DNA of 64,000 nucleotides, taken from positions 67,828,001-67,892,000 of the forward strand of contig CM060733.1 in the NCBI GenBank assembly GCA_030704615.1, read 5' to 3'. Below the pieces are notes generated by a model that saw nothing but the letters and a program-made list of their open reading frames with translations, made no database searches and was not told the DNA's origin. This document shows, piece by piece, positions 38,736 to 53,234 of this stretch (its first letter is position 1; every line of letters begins with the position of its first letter). The position numbers were made by a program, and so were the translations under genes. Origin of the DNA: Takakia lepidozioides. Taxonomy: Eukaryota > Plantae > Bryophyta.

Positions 38736-39620
38736 GCAAGTCTATACTGATGGACTGATCCCTTTGTATTTTGGGGGACCTTACATGGCGCAATGTGTAC
38801 GTGTAAGATCCCTAGAGCGGGGGATGTCCATTCCATCATACTGTAGGGACTCAAAGAGTACTTCCATGTAGACAAGTTGCCCGTGTCCACCCACATTTTA
38901 AGGACTGTTATGTAGATTAATAGCCGTTCCAGGAGATCTAGGGTTTGCTGCAAAAACTTGATGAGGTATGGCAAAAATTTGGAATATGACAGGGACTGAC
39001 CTTGGGTAGGTACAGTGCGATACTCTGGCAGACGAGGCTGCTGACATTCTTTGTTAAATCTTGGCTTCTGGATCCCAACACAAACCCATCAGTCCTCCTC
39101 CTGTCCTCCTGCATTTCCTCTTCACAAAACCTTTCTATGCATTTGGTTGAACAACTGAAGTGGATGTGTGGTAAACGTGTTTATATGATGCAATCATTCC
39201 AGCCCACATAGGTTCAAATCCCAGCACACAAAAGGAGATTTTTTGAACTTACAAAGATGATTATATACCTGTAGGGTTTCTCACAGTTGAAGTTGATGGA
39301 AGAGGTACTGTAAATTTGATTTGGCAAGGCCCTTCTGCACCTTTCTCGCAAGTAACATGAGAGCATCATTGTGTTGTGTAGCGCAGGTCACTGTTTCTTC
39401 GATTGTATACAGTCTACCACCTACACCATCTGCCTCTTGTTTGACACGATCTTTCTCTAAAGTACCCTCAGTATCTAGAAAACTTCAACAATGCTCCTTT
39501 GCGAATCTATTAGCTGCGAGATGGTTGTTCCGATCTTCCATTTGGCTACAAGCTCTAGTGCATGCCACGAGAGTATCTTCCTTCACTTGCCCTTAAGCGC
39601 CCCGTGCCTTTCTTTGACTT

Positions 39621-40436
39621 TTTTCAACCCCTAAAGGACGAGCTAACTTTTGGGAGTTTTCCCAAAAAGTCGGCCATACCCTCCATTGCTGAGCTGTAAC
39701 TTCCTACCCCCCTCACATCCAGCTGGATGGACCGTTCCATTTCATCCCTACCTACTACATGAAGGTCCTCAGAAAATTGTAGCACTTTTGACCGCTCTTT
39801 TGTAGATTATAACAAAAGAAAATTGGCCAAGTTGAAACCATGAACCAAAAAAGAGAGGAAAAATTGCTTTGACCATGCAAGTTTGGTGATTTTAAATTTT
39901 TTCTTGAAGAAATGGCCTCCAGAATCCGGATAAGGGGCAACCAACCTGTCATCTCCCAGAATCTCAGACCAAAATGCCAAAAATATGGGGGGGTTGCTTT
40001 GTATGTGAAATCTTGGGGGATAAATTATCTTGTTTTGGCTTCTTTCCCAAGTACACCAATGAGGTGACATTTTTTTTCCAATTCCTCTGGTAAGTAAGTG
40101 CACAGTAACATTTCGTGGTGCCTTGTCCAAATTTTTTGGCATTATGATAAATTTTAGGCCCTAGATGTTATCTTGAACATTGCCCATTTGACTGCCACGT
40201 AGGCAGGTCAATGGTGCTCAAACACTGGATTTCATGAAATCCTCACTTTGCAAAATTCTAGGGAGCAGAGCTTTTATGATTTTTTGGCGCTGTAAATTCC
40301 CACGTGTGCTCCAATCTGACATCTACAATTCATCTTCAAGGTGCACTTCCATCCACTATCATCCATGGGAATTAGAGCGTGGTAAGTAATCTGACGCGAC
40401 CCGATTCGGGTCGCGTCGTCCTTTAGGGGTTGAAAA
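39621..40436. mobile_element. 816-bp segment bounded by 20-bp perfect inverted repeats with subterminal hairpins (putative non-autonomous DNA element)
   Basis: ttttcaacccctaaaggacg (39621) pairs with cgtcctttaggggttgaaaa (40417-40436). Perfect hairpin gacgcgacccga-t-tcgggtcgcgtc at 40393-40417; imperfect hairpin at 39642-39674. Confidence 0.5.
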
Positions 40437-42685
40437 CCGGAACCGCCAACATTTTCAGAAAAAAGTGAATTCTAAAAAACTGACCGGAAGTTATGTGCGC
40501 AACTACCCCCTGCATCTCCTGTAAAATTTTGAGGGCATTTGGCCCAAATCTGGCGAAACACCACCGTTGAAGGTGGGGCCCATTTTGGGAAAAATAGATA
40601 AATCCAGCCGGTTTTTTATTTTTTTCAGTGACGGGTTCAAATCCGAATTCCATGAAACTGCTGTCTAGTAATGCCTACAAGATGCAACATGTGACAAACT
40701 AAGAATGAGCTCACTCGAATGAGATTGGAACATGTGGCATGCGGTCAACGCGGCTCCCTGCACAAGATCCTCACTCACGAGCTCAGGAAATGCGGGAGAC
40801 ACAGGAGAGAGAAAAACAAAGAACAACCTTCAAGGGAGGTAATGCGTGAGCCCCCCTGAACTCCATCCGCTTTTTTGGAACCCTACTTTTTTTTTGTTGG
40901 AAGATCTGCATGCTGACCCTATGCTGCCATGTGGCTGGCATGAGCATACTCAAAAGGCAGATCTGCCAAAGATATGTAAGAAAAACCAAAATGAAAAGCC
41001 CAAAACGGGCCTGGTGGGTGCTTAAGCGTTAGCCATCGTAATCTTCTCCTCAGCCTCTTCCAGAATCCGCTTTGCAAAGGCAACATATTCTTGAAGCTAC
41101 TTTGGGACAACACCTGCTCAAATATTTTATTAGAAACTTGGTTCTTTTGACAACATGCATTTTCCTTATACCTTAGCTACCTCCAATGTTAAAGTCGGAA
41201 AGCGTATGTAATAGCTACGAGTTGTAAGGTTCAATTCTTGATGGACAATCAAATCACCCTGTAACTTCATCTTAGTCAAATTTTGATATAATCAAATTTG
41301 GCGACACCAAAAATGACCGGCAAAAGTGTTTCGCCAATAGAACATTGGAAGAAACTAAACTTAGCAACTTGCTTGCAATGATGATAGGGACAAGTACTGT
41401 AAATCCATTAAAGTATAAATCCATAGCCTGCAAGCAAAAAATGTCCAAAACGTTTTCAGTAATTTATCACATAAAATACAATTGACAACATGCCCTTCAG
41501 ATGTCACTAGAAAGATCTGTGTCTTTTCCGCTTCGACTGGGGTCCAACTGGGTATCCGAAACCACTTCGGGAATAACTTCTAAGTACACTTTACTACTGC
41601 AGAGTCGCAACGGACAATAAAGTGCCACGTTGGCACAACAGATCGCGGATACAAGTTGTGTGAATGACTTCAAAGTCGTAGTACGCTATTTAATTCAATT
41701 ACTGAAAGAAACATAAAACAAGCGGCTCATCCCGTAATAGCTCCTCATAGTTGATGAAATATATTGTTAATATCAAATAATATAATTAGATAATTTAGAA
41801 GCAATATATATAAATATATAATTGGTTCAACATGCTTTTGTTTAAACCAAATAAGTAATATTGGTGAGGCACATTTGTCCAAACGTGATTAATTGAGAGC
41901 CATAAATTGTAGGACTTATAATTTTGAATTGTAGTTGCATATGAAAAAAATTCATGAATATTTATAATTGTTTTGTTGATACAACTTGATTTTTTTTGTA
42001 TTTTGTATTTTTGAAAATCATTAAGGGGGGAGGCAATGGAACTGAAATTAAAAAGAGGTGGTTTACAAAAAGGAAAATAATCCTTAGGAATCAGTAATTA
42101 ATTGTAGTGGATAAGATGAAAGCCACCTAGAATTTCTTACAAATAGCTTGTCAAGGTAGAATTATCTATTTTTAATTCATATTAGTATTTTGTGTGTTCA
42201 TTTGGTCTCATATCCCAAGTGAACCTCACTTAGGACGTGATGATGGGTTTTTCCCTTGTGAGGATGAGGAGACTCATCTTCTTGTAGTTGAGCCTCCACG
42301 AATCTCTCTCACCTCCATAGCTCTAAGTATTGACAAAGAGTGTGTAGAGGGCTTTGTAGGGTGGATTCTTTTAGCAAATGTGCCCTTGGCTTGACTTAGT
42401 TTGTGTGATTGAGTGGATTTTTATTGGTGGAGACTTGATAGGAGCTGAGAGCGCGCATATGAGGAGAGCAGCGCCGCTCACCCACCAGCCTAGTTACGTA
42501 CCGAGGGTACCTGAACGGAAGGAGAAACAGCCCAAGAAGCACAAGAAGAAATCATGTATTTTCTCACTCTTTCTATGACTCATTTGGAGTCATAAAAGAC
42601 AAGTATGACTCAATGACTACAGTAATTACGAACCAGTTTCAACAGACATCTGAGTCATTAACGACATGAACTGTCCCGAGTCATA

Positions 42686-43828
42686 TGTTGTGCACCTAAG
42701 CATCGTACCACAACATACATCGCTATCTACCATACATTCTAAGCACACAATCCTAGAAAATTATGCCACAATCGCCCCCCTAGCTGGTGATTAGGTCCCT
42801 CTAACACCGAATAGCTGACAAGTATCCATCTCAATAAGATCATCGCTTGGTCTTTAATCGCATATCTCCCAATTTTCTAAAGTATATGGATCAAGAGGCC
42901 GGGTGCAACGAGAGCCCCATCGTTAGTCGCCTGCTTGCAATCCATGATCTTCAATTGAGTATCCATGGTGTTGAGCTCCCACCAACTAGACCTTGGATCA
43001 CTTGTCAATTACACCATTGTCATGCCCACTACCTATGGCCAAGGCATCGTGGACACAACCATTCTCCACTAGGAACCTCCTCAAGTGGCGGTGTCAAGCA
43101 TCCCATGTGCCACCCCCTTGAGCATTTGTCACACACCAACATGGTTGCGACACCACCAGCATGCCCACATAGCATGCAACGCAATTCTGCAGGTACCATT
43201 GTAAGGTTGAGATCTATCCTCTCATCCACATGGGGAAGGTGACATGGTGCACAATTGCGCACATGGTCCTTCTATATCATGCCATCTCGACCCTCCAGAA
43301 TCAACACTCCTGAAGGCAACACCTCCCTGACCCACCTTGGTCAACTTGGTAAGAGCCTTTGCAATGCTGCTAAATCGTTTGACAAACCGTCGATAGTAGT
43401 TTGTCAACCCCATGAAAGCACGAACTCTGCTAACATCTATGGGGCGTGGAATGCGTGCAATGGCCTCCACCTTCGTCTTTTGAACACCCAATCTTCCAGG
43501 GTATATCATGTGGCCCAGATACTCAATCTGGCTATGAAAGAACTTCCCAGGGTGCAATTTCAACCCGTGCGCTCTCATGCGCTCAAATACCACATGAAGG
43601 TGTTTCTCATGCTCCTCAACCGTAGCACTAAAGACGATGATGTCATCAATGTAACACCGGGCAAAGTCTAGTCCCGCGAGAATCCTATCCATAACCCTTT
43701 GAAACTCTACAGGAGCATTCTTCAACCCAAATGGTAGGAACCGCCATTGGTACAAGCAATCCTTCCCATGTTGGTCAATCCCCCAGAATGTCGTCTTTTG
43801 CTTGTCAGCCTCTTTGATTGGCAACTGG
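42686..43828 (-). mobile_element. Second, internally deleted copy of the PHD-Gypsy family
   Basis: RT nearly identical to 13391-13860 (PIKEADKQKTTFWG...YIDD), fused by deletion to an intact PHD (CMLC...CDKC...WHMGC...WLCPRC). Same PPT context as 16224-16260. Cut by CACTA at 43829. Confidence 0.9.
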
Positions 43829-45185
43829 CACTAGAAGAAAAACGTGGAATAATCACTGGCCCTTTAACCACTACTGTCTTTTTCCACTCTATAAACCACT
43901 AGTAACCACTTGCCAGTGGTTAATCCCAATGAAATGCCACGGTAGCATCACAGACAGTGGTTGGAAGTGGTTTCAACCACTCAGTAGTCCACGTGTAATA
44001 ATTTATAATTTATAATTTATTTGATAATATATTTTAATTAATAAATATAATATTCCACGTGGACGAGTGCAGTGGTACATTGTGAGTGGTTATAGACACC
44101 TCAGTGAAGGGAAGTGGTTGAAACCACTTGCTTCTCCACGTGTAATAATTCAAATTTTATTTGTGATTTATGATTTGGAAATATATTTTAATTCATAAAT
44201 ATAATATTCCACTATATGAAAAACTTTAATTGGTTTGTGCAGCTGTGACAAACTTTGAAAAATAGACAAGTGGCCAGACCATTGTGGGATGATGCTATTG
44301 AACAAATGGTTCCAACAATAAACTTTATTCTGAATTTGAAACATATTCGTCACCCTCTGAATCACTTTGCTCAACTGGAATAGCGGTTGGTTGCACAAAT
44401 GCCGCTTGATTGGTAGCCAACATAGCCATGTCTTCTTTATTTAGAGCCATGGGACCATCTAATGACCTAGGTATTGGCTGATATGTTAAGGTAGACGTCG
44501 ATTGGCACGCCACTCATCACCACATGCCTCTCTGTCTGCTGTGAACTGTGCCTTCTCTGTTGCATACTTTTTGTCACAAAATGGCAACAAAAATAACACA
44601 TGTTAGCAATGAAGTATTGCATTACTTAGCAAAAGATACCTAGCATGAATGATACTTTGAAAACCACTGGAGGAGTGAGCAGAATGACTTGTAAATGAAC
44701 GTGCTCTTCCAACAAATCACTCACTCAGACATTCCATTACTACAGCATTGGCTATAATCAAGATGAACCACTCACATTTGTGACTTTGTGGGTGGTTTGA
44801 TTACATTGGTGACAGTCAGAATTGAAATTGAACTTGATATGAATAAGGTGCAATGAAAAGAAGTACTCACTGCACCCAAGGAGCCATGATATTGGTATTG
44901 TTCAGCACATACAAAATTTGTGCTGCATCTCTCCCAGCTCCAGTCATGTCCCGCTTTCTGCCGACACCTTTGAAGACCTCGTCCTCAACCCCTTCCTCCG
45001 CATTTGCATCCCAAGTCCGCCGTTGAGTTGCATCAAATGATTGCATATACTCAGTCATGAACCCCATGGCCTCATCCAGAACATACCATGCAGCCATACT
45101 CCCTTCTGGCTTTGCATAATTCCTAACGTATCCCTTAAGATCTTTCATGTAACGCTCCATGGGATACATTCACCGTGAAGACACC
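43829..45185 (-). mobile_element. CACTA/EnSpm transposon end with Tnp2 C-terminal fragments
   Basis: Terminus CACTAGAAGAAAA at 43829 with ACCACT/AGTGGT subterminal repeats. ORF 44867-45169 reads MYPMERYMKDLKGYVRNYAKPEGSMA (DUF4218-type). Confidence 0.85.
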
Positions 45186-46379
45186 GGATGAACAGTTTTG
45201 TTTATCTCCATGGAATACATCTATGTGCTCACTTGTAACCACTAAAATGAATTTTAAAAAAACAATCAAAGTGCAAAAGATTAAAAAAAAACACATCGGC
45301 TGGTAAGTGCAGAGTGTGTCGCCCTGGTGGTTCAGGGTTCAAACCCGCTGCATTACCCCATATGTGGGATTGTTTGTGACGACGATATGTCTGGGCGTTG
45401 ATCCTCATGTAGGTCTCATGGCCCATAAATGAAAGGGGGTTAATTTTTCCCCCTCCTCAAGGGCCTGAGGTTTCCTTTAAAATTTATTAAAAAAACAAAA
45501 AACAAAAAGTTGCTTATAGGGTTTGTAAAAATGTTAAAAAACTTAAAAAGTTGCCCATCACGTATGTACAATATATACATACTTTTGGGGGGAGATTTCA
45601 AATGTGTGCATGTAGCGTACTGGTAAGGGCTCTTCCTGCGTGTCGCAGGGTCGCGGGTTCAAATTCCTCGCGTTGTTTTATTTTCCTCTCATGCACCACT
45701 AAGCCCCACTAAGCCCCACTAAGCCCTATCGTTGCTGTGCACACTAAGTCCTCGTGCATGTTGGTCTTAGCAGGTCGCGTTTCAATCTCTGCTCGCTCAG
45801 CTGCACCGTGGTGGTTCTCATGGACAATCCGACATTACCTGACTACAGACACAAGCAGCACACACAAGAGGTCCATTTGGGTTCATGGTCTGTCAAATCC
45901 TCCATGGGTCATGACACAAAGGTCGACGACAATGTGGTTAGGGCACCTTCTTCTTCGACCTATTTCGGCCTGTTTTGCCCTCTCATCAGACTCAGCCCTG
46001 AATTTGTAGCACGGAGCAGAGCTCGCATGAGTTTTTTTACAGATCCTTCATGATGGTGGGACAATCGCAATCGCAAGGTGTGGTTTTTTCTTAATGTAGG
46101 ATGTGAAGAAGTTTGTCCATCCTGCAAATGTGGGCTTTTAGCTCCTGTTAGTACCATGATTTGGTATTCTTCTTGATGTTTACAAGGTTCTTGGGAGAGT
46201 GAGCTTGGTCTTAGCAGGTCGTGTTTCAATCTCTGCTTGCTTAGCTGCACCATGGTGGTTCTCATGGACCAATGCGAAGTTTTTTTTTTCCCTCAAGCAC
46301 TAAGCCCTACTAAGCCCTATCGCTGATGCGCACTCAAGTCCTCGCTGATGTTTACAAGGTTCTTGGGAGAGTCAGCTTG

Positions 46380-49300
46380 GTCCAGGGTATGCACGGCAGG
46401 GACGTGGGATGGAGGCTTTGGAGACCTATGAGCAAATGATGGGGGAAGCACATCGTGTTTGTGTGCATTTGCAATGCTTGTGCAAGCCTGGCAGCCCTGG
46501 AGAAGGGCAAGAGGTGCATGGGGATATCATCAAAGCTGGAATTGTGCCAAATGTCAATCTGAACACTGCCCTGGCAGCTTTGGAAAAGGGGAAAGAGGTC
46601 CATGGCGTCATCTTCAGAGCTGGAATTGTATCAGATGCAATTCTGAACAATACCCTGGCGAACATGTTTGCAAAATGTGGATGCATCTAGGATGCAAAGG
46701 GACACTATGGCTGAACGAGATGTGGTGTCGTGGAGTGCGATGCTTGCAGGGTATGCACGGCAGGGACGTGGGATGGAGGCTTTGGAGAGCTACTCGGTGC
46801 GATTATCTTACTATGACTCCCAGAAGAGGCGGGAGAACATGCGGGCTCTTGAGTGAGAGGATGGGGGAAGCACATCATGTTTGTGTGCATTTGCAATTCT
46901 TGTGCAAGCCTGGCAGCCCTGGAGAAGGGCAAGAGGTGCATGGGGATATCATCAAAGCTGGAATTGTGCCAAATGTCAATCTGAACACTGCCCTAGCAGC
47001 TTTGGAAAAGGGGAAAGAGGTGCATGGCGACATCTTCACAGCTGGAATTGTACCAGATGACATTCTGAACAATACCATGGTGGATATGTTTTCAAAATGT
47101 GGGTGCATCCAGGATGCAAAGGGAGTGTTCGACACTATGGCTGAACGAGATGTGGTGTCGTGGAGTGCGATGCTTGCAGGGAATGCACAACAGGGATGAG
47201 GAATGGAGGCTTTGGAGAGCTATGAGCAAATGATGGGGGAAGCACATCATGTTTGTGTGCATTTGCAATGCTTGTGCAAGCCTGGCAGCCGGCCTGGAGA
47301 AGGGCAAAGAGGTGCATGGGGATATCATCAAAGCTGGAATTGTACCAAATGTCAATCTGAACACTGCCCTGGCAGCTCTGGAAAAGGGGAAAGAGGTCCA
47401 TGGCAACATCTTCAGAGCTGGAATTGTACCAAATGTCAGTCTGAACCATACCCTGGTGGACATGTATGCGAAATGTGGGTGCATCGAGCCTGGACGAGGG
47501 CATGTTTGTGTGCATTTGCAATTCTTGTGCAAGCCTGGCAGCCCTAGAGAAGGGCAAGAGGTGCATGGGGATATCATCAAAGCTGGAATTGTACCAAATG
47601 TCAATCTGAACACTGCCCTAGCAGTTTTGGAAAAGGGGAAAGAGGTCCATGGCGACATCTTCAGAGTTGGAATTGTACCAGATGTCATTCTGAACAATAC
47701 CTTGGTGAACATGTTTGCAAAATGTGGGTGCATCTAGGATGCAAAGGGAGTGTTCGACACTATGGCTGAACGAGATGTGGTGTCGTGGAGTGCGATGCTT
47801 GCAGGGTATGCACGACAGAGATGTGGGATGGAGGCTTTGGAGAGCTATGACCAAATGATGGGGGAAGCACATCATGTTTGTGTGCATTTGCAATGCTTGT
47901 GCAAGCCTGGCAGCCGGCCTGGAGAAGGGCAAGAGGTGCATGGGGATATCATCAAAGCTGGAATTGTGCCAAATGTCGATCTGAACACTGCCCTGGCAGC
48001 TTAGGGGAAAGAGGTCCATGGCGACATCTTCAGAGTTGGAATTGTACCAGATGACATTCTGAACAAAACCCTGGTGAACATGTTTGCAAAATGTGGGTGC
48101 ATCTAGGATGCAAAGGGAGTGTTCGACACTATGGCTGAACGAGATGTGGTGTCGTGGAGTGCGATGCTTGCATGGTATGCACGGCAGGGACGTGGGATGG
48201 AGGCTTTGGAGAGCTATGAGCAAATGATGGGGGAAGGGGGGGCACCTTCTTCAATAGCACAACGGCTACGAGTGGGTAGATGGTCAACTGGAAACAGCAA
48301 TGGCAGCAGCGCAATTGATAGAACAAGGCCCACTGCTAATGAAGGTACCTTCTTCAACATATTTCACCCTGAATTCCCTTGCTATCAGAGTCGTCCCTAA
48401 GTATCCAAAAACAGGTAACAGATATGAGAAGAAGCTGTGGGATGAATACTTTTCTGACCCCAGCAACTGGTGGGACAACCGAGGCAAAAAGGTGAATGCC
48501 TGTCAGATTACAGAGTGTAGTAGATGCAATTGACCATAGGAACTAGTGTGATAAGTTGAGTTGGGTGCAATTGCACTCTCCCTTTCCTCTCTGCTTCTGT
48601 TTGCTATTCAAAGGTAGGATTCTCGCCCTTAGTTTAAATTTCAGTCTGGTGCCGAGAGTGGGTAGACCCTTGAGGTCATCCGTGATGTCCTCCCCCATGT
48701 CACCGACTGGAAATAAGTCCAGGGAAGTTTTCTGCCTAACTTCATTTTCATCAGACAATTTTCTGGAAACGGACATGGCTTTGGACACTACAGCCTCTAA
48801 GTCAGTAGGGTTGGGGCATTTGTTGGAACAATTCTAAAAGGAGAATGTTTGTCAGATTACCAGATGTCATTCTGAACACTGCCCCTGCCCTGGTGGACAT
48901 GTATGCCAAATGTGGGTGCATCGAGGATGCCAAGGGAGTGTTCAACACTATGGCTGAACGAGATGTGGTGTCGTGGAGTGCGATGCTTGCGGGGTATGCA
49001 CAGCAAGGGCGCGGGATGGAGGCTCCGACCTATGAGCAAATGATGGGGGAAGGGGTGAAGCCCGCCGACATAAGGTTTGTGTGTGATTGCAGTGTGTCTG
49101 GCAGCCCTGGAAAAGGGCAAAGAGATCCCTGGTGACATGATCAAATCTGCAATTGTTCCAGATGTCATCCTGAACACTGCTCTGGTGGCCATGTATGCCA
49201 AATATGGTAGCATTGAGGATGCCAAGGGAGTGTTCAACACTATGGCTGAATGAGATTTGGTGTTGTGGAATGTGATGCTTGCAGGGTGTGCAGAGCAGGG

Positions 49301-49450
49301 GCGATGTATGGGGGCTTTGGAGACCTGAAAGCAAATGATGGGGGAAGGGGTGAAGTTCGACCACATCATGTTTGTGTGCGTTTGCAGTGCGTGTGCAAGC
49401 CTGGCAGCCCTGGAAAAGGGCATCGGAGGTGCATGGTTGCATCACCAAAG
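46380..49450 (+). pseudogene. Degenerate tandem PLS-class PPR repeats
   Basis: Repeated VHGDIIKAGIVPNVNLNTAL([45 protein letters not shown]) units, about 6-7 partial copies with shared frameshifts and stops. Confidence 0.9.
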
Positions 49451-49806
49451 CTGGAAATGTACCAAATGGATCAATAGCTACAAGAAACCTGCATGGGTAG
49501 ATGGTCAACTAGAAGCCGCAACAGCAGCGGCACAATGATAAACTCAGGCACTGGTAATGAAGGCACCTTCTTCAACACATTTCACCCTGTTTTTCCCTCT
49601 TATCAGAATCGGCCCTAAATTTTCATGTTGAATTCTGCAAGTTAGCTGGTTTAGTGAGCCTTTGATAGTTTGGAGCGACTTTGACATGGTACTGCCAATG
49701 TGACAATAGGGAAGTATCCAGAAACAGGTAATAGCTGAGACGAGGAGAAGCTGTGGAATGAATACTTTTCTGACCCCAGTCAATGGTGGGACAACCGAGG
49801 CAAAAA
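48270..49806 (+). pseudogene. Two copies of OSB/PDF-like motif fragments attached to the PPR units
   Basis: WVDGQLE at about 48272 and (P)AWVDGQLE at about 49490. KLW(D/N)EYFSDPS(N/Q)WWDNRGK at 48431-48490 and 49748-49805. Confidence 0.65.
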
Positions 49807-51519
49807 CTTCATGAACTTAAGGCATGAGTGGCTGATTGTTTCATTTCGACCTGATATGCTTTGAGCCTGGTTCCGGAGATTTATCTCCAGACCTACAATC
49901 TGCTTTTGTGATGAGTTTACAATCTGCATATATGGTGGTAAATGTTATATATCAACCCAAGGTTCTTTCCTAAATGTGAATGACCTAGAAACCTTGTTAG
50001 AAAGATGAATGGCTTACGAATTGGACTATGTATGGCTTGACCCATGGATTAAATTTCAAAGGGTTAGAACATGTGTTAGGGTTTTAATACTGAATGGATG
50101 TGGGACATTGCTAGGGCGCAAGAGCATGACATTCCATGCATTCACGCCATTGGATGCCAAACTTTTTTTGGCACGTTGGACCAAGGTTTGTATGCATTCA
50201 TGAACTGCCGACCTTGCTCGTTGCCCGGTTGACCTTATTTTCCATAATTGCTAACTTTGTGGGGGTGGAGGGGCTTGTATTAGGCTGTAACTGGATGCAT
50301 TGATGGCAATGATGTTGGGAATGTCAGCAACCGCCCCTCCTCCAACTACTATCCCAATATGTACTGTTATTGAACCTTGCGATTCCGATGGGCTTGGGAG
50401 GCAAGACTGCTACGGAGAAGGTGGTTTGTGTACCTTCACCCCAACTTATTTTTGTGGTTGTCATCCATTCGGTGTTAGTTGACTTTGAAGTTTACTGCTC
50501 TGGTATGTTTTGCTTGGGTGTAGGGAGAACCTCTTGAGGTTGGGGAAAAGCCAAAGTCATCTGCCATTGAGGACCTTGTGGTGACCCAAGTAAAATTGGG
50601 GTGCAAGGGAATTCCTGATAAATTGCACGTAAGAAGGGAGGTGGAGCTGGCGGGACAACAATATTGGCTGCTGGTGAGGACGTCTGCTCCACCGAGAGTG
50701 CTGGTAAGGGTGACAGTAGGGGGTTAGTAGTGGGTTGGCAGATCAGCATGTGAAGCCAACTTCCCCACAGAAAGAGGTATGCCCTCAAAGACTTTATCTT
50801 GGTTCCTGTCCTTGGGCTTTCTGTTTTTGACTCTGAAAACATTTCATGAATGATCTATTTATTGGTGTGTGCCATGAATTCTATGCATCAGGTATGGTAA
50901 GACGTACTCATGTACTATACCTTGTTGTTTTGTTGGCATGTAGAAGGGGACTAAAGCAGAGGACCCTGCCCCAGCCATCGTGAAGGGAGCTGAGAAGAAG
51001 TACATGCGAAAAGGAGAGCATGTAACCAGAGCCACTGCTGCCAAAGGCACAAAGTCCTTGACTGATGCAAATGGTAACATAACACCAAGTTCTAGTGGGA
51101 GTAAGAGTCAGGTGGGCCTTCAGGAGGCACCTCTCCATGCAGCAATTTCCGTACTAGAGGTGAGCATGCATGCACTTGTTGGCTATCAGTTATGTACAAT
51201 GTGGCCATTTACATGTTGGGTACTTCAAACTATTAGTAGATGCATTGCTAAATGTAACTGCTAAGGGGTGTTGGGCGTGATGTTTGCAGGCTGAGAAAGC
51301 CACTCTTGATATTGCCACCGACAGTGCACCAACTACGGCGACTTCAAAGGTAACCCCCAAATATCAACCCCCTGCCACAATGGCAGATATTCTTATGCTA
51401 CCAAAAGTACTCTACACTTTGAGTGATTGCTTATACTGGACGGTCCTCATTATGTAGTTTTCAATGTACATGTAAGTCTTCATGGGATTGATTAATGTGG
51501 GTTTTATGGTGGGTGCTGT

Positions 51520-52420
51520 GTGCAGTTTAAGTTGAAGGACAAAATCAGCCTGTATGATCCTCATTTACCACGACACAGGGCTGCTAGTGGAATTGTCACT
51601 GGTGTGCCTGGCAAAGACACATATCACTGCCGTGTTATACCTGAAGGATTGTGGCGGGTTGAGGTGAATGATATCTATATTGCCAATTGTGTCTTGCCTC
51701 ACCTTAACGAGGAAGAGGTCCTACCGCAAATAATGTTGGAGGATGTCGTCGGTCTGAATTGTCTTTGGCCAGAGAAGAACATGAAGAGGGCTTAGATTTT
51801 GTTCGCCCGGGCATAGACATTGCTGGCAGTGAGAAGAAGGCAGGAAAGCAGTTCAATGTTCATAGCATGCATGCGGAGATGCCGTGTAGAAGTTAGGCTC
51901 AGACTTTTATCATGGCTGGATTTTGTTGACAGTGTTCCAACACTTAACTCTCTGGGATTCTATTCTATTTTGTGGAGCTTGAATCCCCAATTGTACTTCT
52001 TTCACTACACTAGTGGTATGTGTTCCTCTAGTCATGTTCATAATCACTTGCATATTACTGTAATAGTGGTATAATTTAAAACTGTGGGAGTAGCCAAATG
52101 CACACAATTGCCTACATTACCACTCGTATAGTGATAAATATTACTGTACTAGTGGTATGAATTCCTCCAGTGGTATTCCTAATCACTTACACACCACTCT
52201 GTTAGTAATCACTCCAATCCATAGTTCCCACTCAGAGAGACACCATGAATGACTCAAATAGTTTACACACCACTCTGTGGGTAATCATTCCAATGACTTG
52301 CTGAGAGACGTCATCCACTCACATAACCACTCTGTGAGTGATATTGTATATTCTTAGTTTTCATAGAATGACTCTATGAGTCATTTTGTGATCACTCAAT
52401 AAGTGGTTTCGGAAGTCATT
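51520..52420 (+). mobile_element. CACTA accessory-ORF (Tnp1/TnpA-like) exon plus ACCACT-rich subterminal repeats
   Basis: AASGIVTG...YHCRVIPEGLWRVEV...LWP motif, followed by many accact/agtggt motifs. Another CACTACAAAA terminus lies at 52540. Confidence 0.55.
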
Positions 52421-53234
52421 GAATTTTTCACTCCATCCATTTCGTAGCACTGACACACGACACGTGTCCATGCTGAGAGTGTCGCCACGTGTCGACATAA
52501 TCTCCAATATCATCCACGGACCACCGGCTTACACGTCTCCACTACAAAACGGAAGTGGCTACTTTACCACTATGGATCCGGTGGTATTAATTTTTCAAAT
52601 ACCCAGGGTAGATTGATACTTGATACGTGGCTGGTATAGGGGTATAAACTAGGGGTATAAACGTATAAACGAGTGAAAAATAAACGAGTTTATGATTGTG
52701 AATTTATTTACCCGCCAGAGCCGGGTAAATTGCAATTAGCTATCATTATCCATCGAGTCAGGGTAAATTTAACATATTTTTATTTCTTTTACCAATATTG
52801 TTGGTTGTGAAGGTCATGATTCCTCGCTAACATTTTGACTCAACTCTACAAAGAGTCCCTGTATAGAGGTATCTTGGTAAATATTGAACTGGCTATAGTA
52901 TTATGGATGACCGGTTAGAGTCGATCATCCAAGTGTTTTTGTCAAAACATCATAAATACGCAGGATTCAAAATATATATATATGCCAAAAATTCATTATG
53001 ATCCAACCTTGTATACATACGCTTTGAATTAGATATTAATGGCGTTCTTTTTTTCTTTAAGAAAAAAAAGATAACAGGGATAGTGGCCCTGGGAATTTTA
53101 TTGGAATTATTTGAGGTGAAAAAAGTAAACCCTCAAATACACCATGAGGCACACACACCGTAGTCTGTGAAGGGGGGAACGAATCTACTCTGTAAGAGTA
53201 TGACTCGAGCTACCAAGGCCCGCAAACGATGCAA

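Noticed and set aside
41505-41520. CACTA terminus (CACTAGAAAG)
   Set aside because: No partner TIR or TSD identified.
45606-45680. tRNA gene (A-box and GGTTCAAATTCC B-box-like); similar motifs near 39160-39230 and 45296-45355
   Set aside because: No convincing acceptor or anticodon stems. At best these are decayed SINE or TE-internal motifs.
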